A DNA stretch of 64,000 nt from an uncultured Poribacteria bacterium (lineage in GTDB: Bacteria; Poribacteria; WGA-4E; WGA-3G), in NCBI GenBank assembly GCA_958296135.2, contig CATQHZ020000001.1, forward strand, positions 3,392,001-3,456,000, in the 5' to 3' direction. The notes below the pieces were generated by a model, which was given only the letters and a program-made list of their open reading frames with translations, was not told where the DNA came from and searched no databases. This document shows positions 29,810 through 39,738 of the stretch, piece after piece. Every line of letters starts with the position of its first letter. Position 1 is the stretch's first letter. The translations under genes and the position numbers were made by a program.

Positions 29810-31717
29810 CTACTCTTCAACTGAATTGCCTTGATAGTACCGTCCAAGCACCTCATTCGCAAGGCTTCTACCGTTTTCAATAACACGGGCGGCGAAATCC
29901 AGCGTGACTTTCTCGAGCCCGGCTTCTTGCGCGCGCTGTTCAATGCGCGTCTGCGTGATATTCCGCATAAAACCGCCGGGGACTAAGTGCAACCGCTCCA
30001 CTGCAGCCTCGGTCCACTCAACAAGACTCTCAAAGTGCGCCGTGGCAGATTCGGGCTGTGTCCGCGCCGACGCGCCTACCGCCCTGAGTTCAGGCGCGTC
30101 TTCTCGCACCGCCGCCGCTTCGCCCATGTTCTCATCAATAATTTGCGTAGCGAACGCGTTCGTGATAGTGCCGGTCTTTTGGGAACGTGCGGACTTCTCA
30201 ATACGTGCTTTGACATTTCGACGCATATAGCCGCGCGGCACGCGCCGCAACGCCTTCTTCGCCTGTTCTGACCATTTGAGGCGAACGCCGTCAAACGTCT
30301 CCTCTTCCGCCGCGCCGCCCTCATCAACAGCGATGTGCTCCAACGCACTCTTGTCCACCTTATGAAAACGTTCCGTAGGCGAACTACACACCGGACAGTG
30401 GACAGGCTCTTGGGCATGCGCTGCGTAGCCGCATTCGCCACAGATGTAAGTTTCCACGGACTCCGATTCCAAAAGTTTCTGCTCGGCGAGTGTTTTGGCG
30501 ACGCGCGTCAGTTTTTCAGAGGAACGAGCCGGCATAATCGCCTCCATCGCCTTGTCAATAACGCTCTCGGTAATTACGGAATGCCCGCGCTCAATGGCGA
30601 ACCGATGAACTGCCGTCTTCGCTATGCCTCGCACCAGCGGCGGTGCCTTCGCCATTCTATCCAACGCCTCTTGTGTCCAGACGAGGGTCTCCTCCGCCTT
30701 CACGTCAATCTGTGGGAAATAGCGTTGACTTGACAACAAGACATTACACGGCGCAAGACGCAGCAGATTCTCCGCATTGCTACCTATGTCCATATCTTGC
30801 TCACTATGAACGCCGATGCGGCCTAAGACGAGGAGCCACGGGCCGGTTTTGCGGGCGTACTGCAGAATCTTTTCGTATCCCTTTCCATCAAGCAGCGTAA
30901 TTTTAAGCGCGTAGTCGTGTTCATCTTTGGCGATAGCGCGGGAAACCTCCAGGTGCGACTGATAAATCTTCGCCAGCCCAGTATCAATCACGTCTTCGTG
31001 CAGTTGTTCCTGCTCCTTAAACCGGAAGGTGCGCGCAGCACGCTCCGTCAACACATTCACAACAGAATTGAAGACGATGTAGTGCAAATAAGGGTCGTAG
31101 ACACCCACGGCTTCCACCTGTTTGTTAAACGCCTGCCCGAGGTGGAGCGCGGTTTTCAAACCTGCGAAAGATTCAGGGCTACCGTCAATACCGACGAGGA
31201 TATTGCCGTTTTGTTCTTCTATCGGTTCCAGGTTCCGGACGACGAGGGTATCGGTAGTGACGCGCCGGACAACGCGTTCACAGACACCGCCAATAAGGCT
31301 ATCCTTGACAGCCCCCATGCCGAGCGCGCCCATAATCACCATATCATAGTCGCTGTCCTGAATGTCCTCTACCAATTTGATGAAGTGTTTTCCCTCCGGC
31401 ATTTTCGCTTCAAACGGAATGTCAAACGCCGCGCACTTCTGCTTCATCACCTCAAGGTAGGAATCAGAAATGAGTTGCAACCCCATTGTGATGAGGGTAT
31501 CATGGATGCGGCGCTGCTTTTCGAGCTCCACTTCGTCCTGATACTCCTCCGGCAGGGTGTATTCCATCTGTTTAAAGCGCACGTCGTGCATTTTTGCAGC
31601 GTAAACGTGCGAACCTACCAGATGTGAGCCGAACTTCCTCGCGAACTCTACCGCCAAGGCGATACTTGCATCGGAGTAGTCCGAATTATCAACGGGAACA
31701 TAAATTTTCTTTAGCAT
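29810..31717 (-). CDS. Tandem universal stress protein fused to three PCP_red-like domains and a rubredoxin-like Cys motif
   Basis: IYVPVDNS and ILVGIDGS USP domains; three W...A...L..VP...R...IE..A repeats; CGECG...CPVC. Confidence 0.85.
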   Translation of the reverse strand: MLKKIYVPVDNSDYSDASIALAVEFARKFGSHLVGSHVYAAKMHDVRFKQMEYTLPEEYQDEVELEKQRRIHDTLITMGLQLISDSYLEVMKQKCAAFDIPFEAKMPEGKHFIKLVEDIQDSDYDMVIMGALGMGAVKDSLIGGVCERVVRRVTTDTLVVRNLEPIEEQNGNILVGIDGSPESFAGLKTALHLGQAFNKQVEAVGVYDPYLHYIVFNSVVNVLTERAARTFRFKEQEQLHEDVIDTGLAKIYQSHLEVSRAIAKDEHDYALKITLLDGKGYEKILQYARKTGPWLLVLGRIGVHSEQDMDIGSNAENLLRLAPCNVLLSSQRYFPQIDVKAEETLVWTQEALDRMAKAPPLVRGIAKTAVHRFAIERGHSVITESVIDKAMEAIMPARSSEKLTRVAKTLAEQKLLESESVETYICGECGYAAHAQEPVHCPVCSSPTERFHKVDKSALEHIAVDEGGAAEEETFDGVRLKWSEQAKKALRRVPRGYMRRNVKARIEKSARSQKTGTITNAFATQIIDENMGEAAAVREDAPELRAVGASARTQPESATAHFESLVEWTEAAVERLHLVPGGFMRNITQTRIEQRAQEAGLEKVTLDFAARVIENGRSLANEVLGRYYQGNSVEE

Positions 31718-32001
31718 TTTTTAGTCTCTTTTTGCTCAGGATGCAACCGGTTGCAACGCAAACCCCAATAGCCACCGATGAGATGGGCCAACAACGTCGC
31801 TGTCCAGAGGTAAACCATCGCGGTTTGCCACTCCCAATTGAGGATAAACCGCCGCGCAACGATATTCAGCACAATCGGAATGTAGAGGCACCGGCTCCAC
31901 GGGCGACTGAATTTTTTATACCGGACGCGATAGAAACCGAACGGGAAGTGAATCAGAAAAACCGCGACGGAAATCAGCAGATTCGGAACGTTATTTAGCA
32001 T
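31711..32001 (-). CDS. Small membrane protein
   Basis: PFGFYR...KKFS..W...I.IP pattern; three hydrophobic segments; overlaps the start of the USP gene. Confidence 0.65.
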   Translation of the reverse strand: MLNNVPNLLISVAVFLIHFPFGFYRVRYKKFSRPWSRCLYIPIVLNIVARRFILNWEWQTAMVYLWTATLLAHLIGGYWGLRCNRLHPEQKETKKC

Positions 32002-32064
32002 CTCACACCGCGCTCACAAACCTCAATACGCACGCATTGGACGCGCGCTTGAGGCAAGGGCTAC

Positions 32065-32712
32065 TCAGTCACTCAGGAGTGTGTTGATGTCTCTGCGAAG
32101 ACGCAACAGCGCGGGTTTGCTCCGACTATCGTAGCGGCCGTGGATTTTGCCATCCGGCGTGACGAGGACAAACCGTGTGCTGTGTAATAGTTCGCTTCCG
32201 TTGTGTCCCGCGGCTAAGCTGAACCCATCCTTGGCCAACTGATAGATGCGTTCCTTTTCGCCTGTCAGGAAATGCCAGCGTCTCTCATCCGCACCGTACT
32301 GCGCCGCATAACGGGCGAGGACCTCGGGGGTATCGCGCTCCGCATCTACCGAAAACGAAACGAAGTAGACAGGCTCCGCCACAAAATCGGATTGCAAGCG
32401 CGCCATTTCCAGCGTCATCGTCGGGCAAATTGTCGGGCAATGCGTGAAAATGAAATCCGCCACCCAGATTTTGCCACCGAGGTCTGCTAACCGCAGCGGC
32501 TGTCCCTGCTGGTTCGTCAAGGCGAAGTCCGGGAGCCGCGCGGGTAACGGTTGATTTGCATCGCCGCCCGTTTTAGGCATTGATGCCGGGCGTTTGTCAA
32601 ACATCGCCCATAAATTGATGCCCGCGATGCCGATGATGACAAGCCCTAATAGCCCCCACAGCAGCGTGCTTTTGTTAAGTTTGCGCCGGTCGCTTTCGTT
32701 GGATAAACTCAT
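32065..32712 (-). CDS. SCO1/SenC copper chaperone
   Basis: One TM; FTHCPTICP (CxxxC), VDAERDT, HSTRFVLV. Confidence 0.92.
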   Translation of the reverse strand: MSLSNESDRRKLNKSTLLWGLLGLVIIGIAGINLWAMFDKRPASMPKTGGDANQPLPARLPDFALTNQQGQPLRLADLGGKIWVADFIFTHCPTICPTMTLEMARLQSDFVAEPVYFVSFSVDAERDTPEVLARYAAQYGADERRWHFLTGEKERIYQLAKDGFSLAAGHNGSELLHSTRFVLVTPDGKIHGRYDSRSKPALLRLRRDINTLLSD

Positions 32713-32740
32713 CTGTTTCTGCCTACGCCTACGCGGCGCA

Positions 32741-33073
32741 TTAATGGGACGTATTGACAACTTCCGCCGCGGGTTTTAGCCCCTCGTACCGCGAGGCCGC
32801 CGTGAGGTCGGGCATCAGCATGAAGACGAGGAAAACGCAAATAAGAAACGGCGTTATCACGATGAGTGCCAACGTCTTCCGCTCAAACTTCAAGTGCATG
32901 AAATAGTTAGCAACCAAAATCGCTTTGCCGCATGCCAATCCGATGAGCAAGATAGCCTTAAGCACTGTAGCATAGTCAGGTATTGCCACAGCCACTTCAA
33001 CGATGGTGAGCCCCAGAAGCCACCAGAAAATATTCAGGTATTTCGGATGCTCTTTGTGATGTGTTCCTGCCAT
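32741..33073 (-). CDS. ctaF: Cytochrome c oxidase subunit IV
   Basis: LTIVEV, KAILVANYFMHLKFE motifs. Confidence 0.85.
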   Translation of the reverse strand: MAGTHHKEHPKYLNIFWWLLGLTIVEVAVAIPDYATVLKAILLIGLACGKAILVANYFMHLKFERKTLALIVITPFLICVFLVFMLMPDLTAASRYEGLKPAAEVVNTSH

Positions 33074-33115
33074 TTTTAAGTACCTCCTAAAGAGTGCCGC
33101 GATCCAAGACCGCGC

Positions 33116-33766
33116 CTACAGTAGATAGATGAAGGTAAAAACCATAATCCAAATCAGGTCGACGAAGTGCCAATAGAGCCCGACGATTTCCACCTCATGG
33201 TTAAACTCGGCCGTATACCGACCGCGCAACCCGTGGATGAGGATAACGATGAGATAGATGACACCGCCTGTGACATGCAACCCGTGAAACCCCGTGATGG
33301 TATAGAAGGCAGGCCCGAAAAGCGTTGAACCGCTAATAGCCGCCCCCGACAACCCGTGATGCGGGATTTCGGTTAACGTCAACCCGTGCTTGATGAGCGC
33401 GCTCCATTCATACACCTGCAGGCCGAGGAAGATGACTCCACCCGCGATAGTCAGCCCGAGGAAGGTGCACATTCTTGAAACGTTGCCGTTCTGAATGGAC
33501 TCCAGAGCCTTGACCATGGTGACGCTACTGCAAATCAGCAGAAACGTCATAAACGCGGTCAGATTGATGCCGAGTATTTCGCTCGGCGGTACCCAGCCTA
33601 TCGCGCCGGCACCTACCCGGACGGCCGCGTATACCGCCAGCAATGCCCCGAACGACATGGTATCCCCAACGAGGAAAATCCACATGCCGAGCTTGCCGAG
33701 GCTATCCGGCGTAAGCGACGGCTCGTATATGTCTTCAGTATGTTCTAACGTGGTAGCGTGTTCCAC
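33116..33766 (-). CDS. ctaE: Cytochrome c oxidase subunit III (C-terminal type)
   Basis: LGMWIFL, ITGFHGLHV, GLYWHFVDLIW. Confidence 0.92.
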   Translation of the reverse strand: MEHATTLEHTEDIYEPSLTPDSLGKLGMWIFLVGDTMSFGALLAVYAAVRVGAGAIGWVPPSEILGINLTAFMTFLLICSSVTMVKALESIQNGNVSRMCTFLGLTIAGGVIFLGLQVYEWSALIKHGLTLTEIPHHGLSGAAISGSTLFGPAFYTITGFHGLHVTGGVIYLIVILIHGLRGRYTAEFNHEVEIVGLYWHFVDLIWIMVFTFIYLL

Positions 33767-33852
33767 TCGATTTAACTCCTTTCATTTGCATATTAACACA
33801 CATCGGATTTCAAATCCAACCTATTCGATCCAACGCAGAGCGACTACATTCT

Positions 33853-33991
33853 CCCCGGTAGGAGAGCCCTCCCGGTCTCGATGTCCTCCTCCCGGTCTTG
33901 ATGTCCCCCTATAGGAGAGACCTCCTCCCCAGTAGGAGAGACCTCCCGGTCTCGATACTCCCCGGTAGGAGAGCCCTCCCGGTCTCGATAC
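33853..33991. repeat. Tandem cluster of GTAG REP units
   Basis: Four to five full or partial copies of (c)ggtaggagag(c/a)cctcccggtctcgat. Confidence 0.85.
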
Positions 33992-34020
33992 TGAATCCCT
34001 CTGCATCCAACGCGAGGCGG

Positions 34021-34254
34021 TTAAGACGAACCCATTCTATCCCGGTTTTTGCTTGCGCGCCGGTAATGATAGAAAACACTTCCGCCTATGAGCGCGACAA
34101 TGGTAAAGGGCATCGCCATCATGAAGAAGATGCTGGAATTAAAACCTCTTCCGATGGGTTCCTTCAAGTCTTTGCAAGCGGGACATGCCTCAACGCACGT
34201 CGGCGCAATCAGCACGACAAGCATCAGGACAGTTCCCCAAAAGATGAATCGCAT
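34021..34254 (-). CDS. Small CxxC membrane protein of cox clusters
   Basis: Signal peptide, ACPACK, GFNSSIFFMMAMP and one TM; AGGAG RBS. Confidence 0.7.
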   Translation of the reverse strand: MRFIFWGTVLMLVVLIAPTCVEACPACKDLKEPIGRGFNSSIFFMMAMPFTIVALIGGSVFYHYRRASKNRDRMGSS

Positions 34255-34299
34255 AAAGGTCTCCTATAAGGGCGGATGTCTCTATCCGCCCATCGCCCC

Positions 34300-34896
34300 C
34301 TAGGCGAGATATACCAAAACGTAAAGAATCGGCCAAAGCGCGACGACAAAAATCCAATAGATAGCGCAAGTCTCAACGCCGATGTGACGCGACGCGGCAA
34401 ACCTTCCTGACACCGCCATTCCAAGCACGATGAACAGCCAAATGACTGCGCCAATCACATGCACCGCGTGGCACCCGAGTAGCACATAAAAGATGCCGCC
34501 GTAGACACCTGACTGAAGTGTCATACCACTGCGTATCAATTGCGCCCATTCGCTTCCCTGGACACCGAGGAAGAGCACGCCTAACGCCCCAGTGAGCAGC
34601 AGCCAATTGCGGAGTTGCTTCACCCGGTCCTTCTGAATTGCGCGGAGTGCCTGAAACATCGTGTAGCCGCTCAGGAGCAACAGTGCGGTATTGATGCCGG
34701 TCACCGCGCGGGGCAGCTGGATGTCAATATGCGATGGCGGCGGCCAAGTGACGTTCCCCATCCGAAAGACGAGAAACGCGCCGATAAGCCCGGAAAACAG
34801 CATCATCTCCGCGCCGAGCAGGACTAAGATGCCTAGTCGGGCGTTGCTCATCGGACGAACATCCTGCGGCAGTCTGTCCGGTGTATCACGTAACAT
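34300..34896 (-). CDS. Second cytochrome c oxidase subunit III-like protein
   Basis: LGAEMMLFSG, NTALLLLSG, GCHAVHV, YWIFV. Confidence 0.88.
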   Translation of the reverse strand: MLRDTPDRLPQDVRPMSNARLGILVLLGAEMMLFSGLIGAFLVFRMGNVTWPPPSHIDIQLPRAVTGINTALLLLSGYTMFQALRAIQKDRVKQLRNWLLLTGALGVLFLGVQGSEWAQLIRSGMTLQSGVYGGIFYVLLGCHAVHVIGAVIWLFIVLGMAVSGRFAASRHIGVETCAIYWIFVVALWPILYVLVYLA

Positions 34897-34907
34897 CAGG
34901 GCCCTCC

Positions 34908-35018
34908 TCAGCCGCCACGGATAATCGCCACCGTCGCGACGATAACCAGGACCACGAACACTAAAAACAGCGTGATGCCGAGGCGGCGATTTCGGGTGCG
35001 ATTGTCGGGTGTATTCAT
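34908..35018 (-). CDS. 36-aa single-TM CoxF-like peptide (not in the ORF track)
   Basis: MNTPDNRTRNRRLGITLFLVFVVLVIVATVAIIRGG* fills the gap between the ctaB stop and the next RBS. Confidence 0.7.
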   Translation of the reverse strand: MNTPDNRTRNRRLGITLFLVFVVLVIVATVAIIRGG

Positions 35019-35019
35019 G

Positions 35020-35982
35020 TTAAACCTTATCCAATGCCATCGTGATAAAAATTATCGGCAGATAAAGCAGCGATGCGTATAACAGATACCGTGCCGCTTG
35101 CACCGAACGCGCAACGCCTAAATAGATGCCGAACGCCAGAAACGCTAATCCCGACAGCAGTGCTATCAAAAAATAGATACCGCCGGCGATGCTGAGCAGC
35201 GCGGGGAGTAAGCCCATCGCAAGCAGCGCGACACAGTTAATCACAATCTGCCGCCGCGTGCTCGCGCCATCAGGGTGGATGACCGGCAGTAACCGAAGTC
35301 CGGCCTTTGCGTAGTCCTCGCGGTAGATATAGGCAATCGCCAGCGAGTGCGGGAGTTGCCACAAAAAGAGAATCGCGAACAGCACCCATGCCTCCGCCGT
35401 CACCGTCCCGCGGGCCGCCGCCCAACCGACGACAGGCGGCAATGCACCCGGCACCGCACCGATAAGCGTGCAGAGCGACGTTTTCCGTTTGAGCGGCGTG
35501 TAGAGAAACAGATAGCTCGCCACAATGAGCGAAATAACTAACCCGCTTAGCGGATTCACGATGAACGTCAGATAAAGCATCCCACCGCCGGTAAGCATCA
35601 CACCGAAAAGCAGTGCTACTAGCGGGAGCATCCTACCCCCTGGAAGCGGTCTGTCCTGTGTCCGCTTCATCTGCGCGTCAATATCGCGCTCAAGATATTG
35701 GTTCAACCCCAACACACCGGCGGCCGTCAAACCCGAGCCGATGAGGGTATGCAGGCAGCGCAGCCACTGAACAAGCTGTTGCGAACCGATATAGAAACCG
35801 GCCGCTGTCGTGATGAGTATCATCAAGACTAACCGCGGTTTGACGAGCGCAATGAAATCCGTTGCGCGGCCCAACGCGAGCGTGCTGCGCGCAGGAGGGC
35901 GCGTGGGTTCATCTACCTGATTTGCTAAATCCGCTGGTGTGGCGCGCATAATGGTTCTTCCGTTTTGCGGCTGTTTTCTCAA
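35020..35982 (-). CDS. ctaB: Heme O synthase (protoheme IX farnesyltransferase)
   Basis: LVKPR, N..LERDIDAQMKRT..RPLP, YTPLKR, WQLPH, EDYAKAG. Confidence 0.95.
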   Translation of the reverse strand: MRKQPQNGRTIMRATPADLANQVDEPTRPPARSTLALGRATDFIALVKPRLVLMILITTAAGFYIGSQQLVQWLRCLHTLIGSGLTAAGVLGLNQYLERDIDAQMKRTQDRPLPGGRMLPLVALLFGVMLTGGGMLYLTFIVNPLSGLVISLIVASYLFLYTPLKRKTSLCTLIGAVPGALPPVVGWAAARGTVTAEAWVLFAILFLWQLPHSLAIAYIYREDYAKAGLRLLPVIHPDGASTRRQIVINCVALLAMGLLPALLSIAGGIYFLIALLSGLAFLAFGIYLGVARSVQAARYLLYASLLYLPIIFITMALDKV

Positions 35983-36941
35983 ACGAGCTCTCCGTGGGCC
36001 GGCGTAGCGGGGGCCTCAGTCGTTGGCACGGCTGTGTGCCAGTAAATCTTCAAGGTTAACACGAAACTGGTAACCAGCATCAGCGCGCCGACTGCCACAT
36101 GTCCGGTCGTCATCGTTACCGTGAGCCATGTGGACACCGTTGCGCCGAACGCGGTGAGTTTCACAAAAAACGCCCCGGTGCCGAGCATGAGCTGGACAGC
36201 CAAGAGTCCCACTAATACGGTAGGTTCGCTTTTGAGAGGCGTTGCAGCTTCTGCCTGCCATATCCGCCTCGCCAAAAGGAACGTATGGAGTGCCACCAAA
36301 AAGGCGAACAGGAGGTGCGCATCCAATCGATTCCCGGTGTGTCGCAAAATCGCGCCAAAAATCAGTTGGACATAAATCAGGCACGTCGTTATCAGGCTTA
36401 ACCGCCGTAACTTACGTCCCTCTCCAACAGACGCGCCCTGTTGCTCCCCGGTAGGCGCGCTTTCCAAGCGCGCTTCGCGGGATGTCCACCACGCAATTCC
36501 ACACAGCAAGGCGAAAAACGCCTGCGCGAGACAAGCATGCACTATCGCGAGGACAAGCGAGAGCTGCGTCACCCGAAGGCCGCCGAGGATTCCTTGCACA
36601 ATCACGCCGATTAAGGCGAGCAAACCGAGCCATCGGAGCCACGTGCGCGAGTCTTTCACCCATACCATAATGAAGAGCCCTACCGTCAACAGCCCAACGA
36701 GCGAGCCCATGAGTCGGTGACTATGCTCATAAAGCACGCCGCCCACCATCTCCGACAACGGATACAGGAACATGTTGTAGCCAAACGTCGTCGGCCAATC
36801 GGGGACAGCCAGGCCGGATTCGGTGCTAGTGACAATGCCGCCGATGACAATCAGCAGGAAGGTTGCGCCCACCGCGAGGCGTGCGAACCGATGCAGCCAC
36901 GGGCTATAAGGGTTTTCTGCTGTCTGCGCGTGCGTTTTCAT
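35979..36941 (-). CDS. ctaA: Heme A synthase
   Basis: GG.VTSTESGLAVPDWP, EHSHR, QGILGG, VHACL, GAILRH, HVAVG. Confidence 0.9.
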   Translation of the reverse strand: MKTHAQTAENPYSPWLHRFARLAVGATFLLIVIGGIVTSTESGLAVPDWPTTFGYNMFLYPLSEMVGGVLYEHSHRLMGSLVGLLTVGLFIMVWVKDSRTWLRWLGLLALIGVIVQGILGGLRVTQLSLVLAIVHACLAQAFFALLCGIAWWTSREARLESAPTGEQQGASVGEGRKLRRLSLITTCLIYVQLIFGAILRHTGNRLDAHLLFAFLVALHTFLLARRIWQAEAATPLKSEPTVLVGLLAVQLMLGTGAFFVKLTAFGATVSTWLTVTMTTGHVAVGALMLVTSFVLTLKIYWHTAVPTTEAPATPAHGELV

Positions 36942-36993
36942 AGAGGTACTCTATAGTGCGGATGGATATAGAAAGCCACCCTTACAAAAACCT

Positions 36994-38820
36994 TTAATCT
37001 CCACCCGTCGCATGTGCATGCTCAGGTTGCGCTTGCGGAATCCAATCCGATTCTTCACCCGGCACACTGTATTCATACGGGCCACGGTAGACAGTCGGGA
37101 CCTGCCCAACAAAATTGCCGTGCGGCACCGGTGTCGGTGCTTCCCATTCCAGCGTGTTGACATGCCACGGATTCTTCTCTGCAACTTTGCCGCGCGACAT
37201 ACTCCAGAAGAAGTTGAACACCAAGATAAGCTGCGCCGCACCCAGCGTGAACGCGCTCATCGTGATAAAGATGTTCATCCCTTCAAATCCTTGCAGGAAT
37301 TCATACTGCATCGGGTTGGAGATACGCCGCATGTGCCCACCGACACCGAGAATGTGCATCGGGAAGAAAGTACAGTTGAACGCCACGAACGTCAACCAAA
37401 AATGGATTTTGTTCAACACGTCGTTCATGTAGCGGCCATACATTTTCGGGAACCAGAAGATAATTCCGCCGAAGATAGCGAACAAACTCCCGCCGAAGAC
37501 AACGTAGTGGATATGCGCGACGATGTAGTAGGTATCGTGGATGAAGATGTCCACCGGCGTGTTCGCCATATAGATACCGCTCAACCCGCCGATCACAAAC
37601 ATTGAGACAAAGGCGATGGCGTGAAGCATCGGGGACGTAAAACGGATCGAACCTTTGAACATCGTGCCGAGCCAGTTAAACGTCTTAATCGCCGACGGCA
37701 CCGCGATGAGCATCGTCGTCGTCATGAACGCCGAACCTAAAACCGGTTGCATCCCACTTTGGAACATGTGGTGTCCCCAGACAATCCACCCTAAAAACGC
37801 AATCGCAATCATCGCGTATACCATGGAGCGGTAACCGAAAATCGGCTTCCGTGAAAACACGGGAACCAATTCGGATGCGATGCCCATCCCCGGTAAAATG
37901 AGGATGTAGACTTCGGGATGTCCGAAGAACCAGAACAAATGCTGCCAGAGCAGCGGATCCCCCCCACCTTCAGCCGTCGCCGTGAAGAATGTCGTTCCGG
38001 CAAGCCTATCAAAGATGAGGAGTGCCAACGCAGAGGAAAGCACCGGAAATGCAAGCAGCAGTAGAATCGCGACGATGAACAGGGACCAGATGACCAGGGG
38101 CATCCGGAACAACGTCATCCCCGGGGCCCGCATGTTGATAATCGTCGTGATGTAGTTAATCGAACCGACTAACGATGAGAAGCCCTGAATGAGCAAGCTA
38201 ATTGCCCAGAGGTTTTGCCCCCATTCAACGCCTGTCCACTGCGGGTCCGACGAGAGCGGCGCGTAGCCTGTCCAGCCCGCTGCAGCGTGGCCACCGGGAA
38301 CGAAAAACCCAATTGCCATGATAATCGCTGCCAGCACGGCAAGCCAGAAGGATAGCATGTTCAGGATAGGAAACGCCATGTCCCGCGTGCCAATCATGAG
38401 CGGGATGAGGAAATTACCGAACGCGCCAACTAAAATCGGCACGACGACAAAGAATACCATGATAGTGGCGTGCATCGTAAACAGCATGTTGTAAAACGCC
38501 GGCTCGATGACACCGTTCGGCATGTTTGCCTCAAGCCATTCTTCCTCTTCGGACTCGTAGATGCGCTCCCACATTTTGTCGGCACCTGTGACGACTTCGC
38601 CGTCCTCAAGGTATTGTGGTGAGGCACCGATGATAGGTACCGGTCTTTCCGGATAAGCGAGCTGCCACCGAAACATCAGTGCAAGCCCGCCGCCGACGAA
38701 GAACATTATCAGCCCGTAAATGAGGAACTGCTTGCCGATAGTCTTGTGGTCCAACGAGAAGATATATTTGCGAATAAAACTTTCTTCGTGATGATGTGAC
38801 GCATGTTCGTTATCGTGCAT
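36994..38820 (-). CDS. ctaD: Cytochrome c oxidase subunit I, A1 type
   Basis: FTMHA, WFFGHPEVY (A1 glutamate), WGHHMF, HDTYYIVAHIHY, RR. Confidence 0.97.
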   Translation of the reverse strand: MHDNEHASHHHEESFIRKYIFSLDHKTIGKQFLIYGLIMFFVGGGLALMFRWQLAYPERPVPIIGASPQYLEDGEVVTGADKMWERIYESEEEEWLEANMPNGVIEPAFYNMLFTMHATIMVFFVVVPILVGAFGNFLIPLMIGTRDMAFPILNMLSFWLAVLAAIIMAIGFFVPGGHAAAGWTGYAPLSSDPQWTGVEWGQNLWAISLLIQGFSSLVGSINYITTIINMRAPGMTLFRMPLVIWSLFIVAILLLLAFPVLSSALALLIFDRLAGTTFFTATAEGGGDPLLWQHLFWFFGHPEVYILILPGMGIASELVPVFSRKPIFGYRSMVYAMIAIAFLGWIVWGHHMFQSGMQPVLGSAFMTTTMLIAVPSAIKTFNWLGTMFKGSIRFTSPMLHAIAFVSMFVIGGLSGIYMANTPVDIFIHDTYYIVAHIHYVVFGGSLFAIFGGIIFWFPKMYGRYMNDVLNKIHFWLTFVAFNCTFFPMHILGVGGHMRRISNPMQYEFLQGFEGMNIFITMSAFTLGAAQLILVFNFFWSMSRGKVAEKNPWHVNTLEWEAPTPVPHGNFVGQVPTVYRGPYEYSVPGEESDWIPQAQPEHAHATGGD

Positions 38821-38935
38821 CGTTATTTTTCTCCCTTCATCATAGTACCGGAGGGCGAGGGAATTTTCCTGCGTCTCTTGGCCCTCGCCGTGCCGCGACG
38901 TATCGAAAAATCGCCCCGGCCCAGTCGTCCGGCAC

Positions 38936-39601
38936 CTACTGAGGCCACCGTTCCTTCACCCAGGCATCGTAGTCTGCCTGCGAATGAACATTGAGGTACC
39001 CGAGCATCCCAGAGTGCCCGAAGCCGCACAGTTCTGCGCACGGAATTTCATACCGCCCCGCCTTTGTCGCCTCAAACCAGACATTGATAAACCGATTCGG
39101 CAGCGCGTCCTGTTTCAGCCGCAACTGCGGTACAAAAAAACTATGGATGACATCCACCGAGGTCAAGCGGATATGCACGACAGCGTTGACCGGCACATGC
39201 AATTGGTTTTCCAATTCCAAGTCATCGGCTGTCCCGAATTCATTGTCCGGGCCGGGATACGTCATATCCCAGTTGAACTGTTTGCCACTGACTTGGACGA
39301 GAACTTCTGGATTCTCGGGAAACTCGTTCGGTGATTTGATCTTGTTCCAGTGGGGATAACTGAGCATCGCGAGCCCAAACACAATCACCGTCGTCGCCGC
39401 TGTCCAGACGATTTCCAGCGTCGTGCTCCCCTCAATGTAACTTGCCTTTTGCCCTTCCCGATGCCGATATTTGATCAGGAAGGTGATAAGCGTTCCCATC
39501 ACGAGGATGAAGACAACGAGCGTAATATAATAAATGATATAGAAGAGGGTATCAACACTCTGCCCGAACGTTGATACGTTTTCTGGAAGCCATTGAAGCA
39601 T
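38936..39601 (-). CDS. ctaC: Cytochrome c oxidase subunit II (CuA, no heme c)
   Basis: LEIVWT, DVIHSF, CAELCGFGHSGM. Confidence 0.95.
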   Translation of the reverse strand: MLQWLPENVSTFGQSVDTLFYIIYYITLVVFILVMGTLITFLIKYRHREGQKASYIEGSTTLEIVWTAATTVIVFGLAMLSYPHWNKIKSPNEFPENPEVLVQVSGKQFNWDMTYPGPDNEFGTADDLELENQLHVPVNAVVHIRLTSVDVIHSFFVPQLRLKQDALPNRFINVWFEATKAGRYEIPCAELCGFGHSGMLGYLNVHSQADYDAWVKERWPQ

Positions 39602-39738
39602 TCAGTCCTCCTTATTTTTTCTTCTGTATCGGCGTAAAGCGTTTGATACCACATCAAGTTGATTTGTCCCGCCTCTGTTTGGGATTAGGCGAGCCCAAAC
39701 TATAGCGGTTAATACACGCTTTGTGCCAATATCAAAAT

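Noticed and set aside
33853-33991. Repeat cluster as CRISPR
   Set aside because: Irregular short spacing and the units are dispersed REP palindromes.
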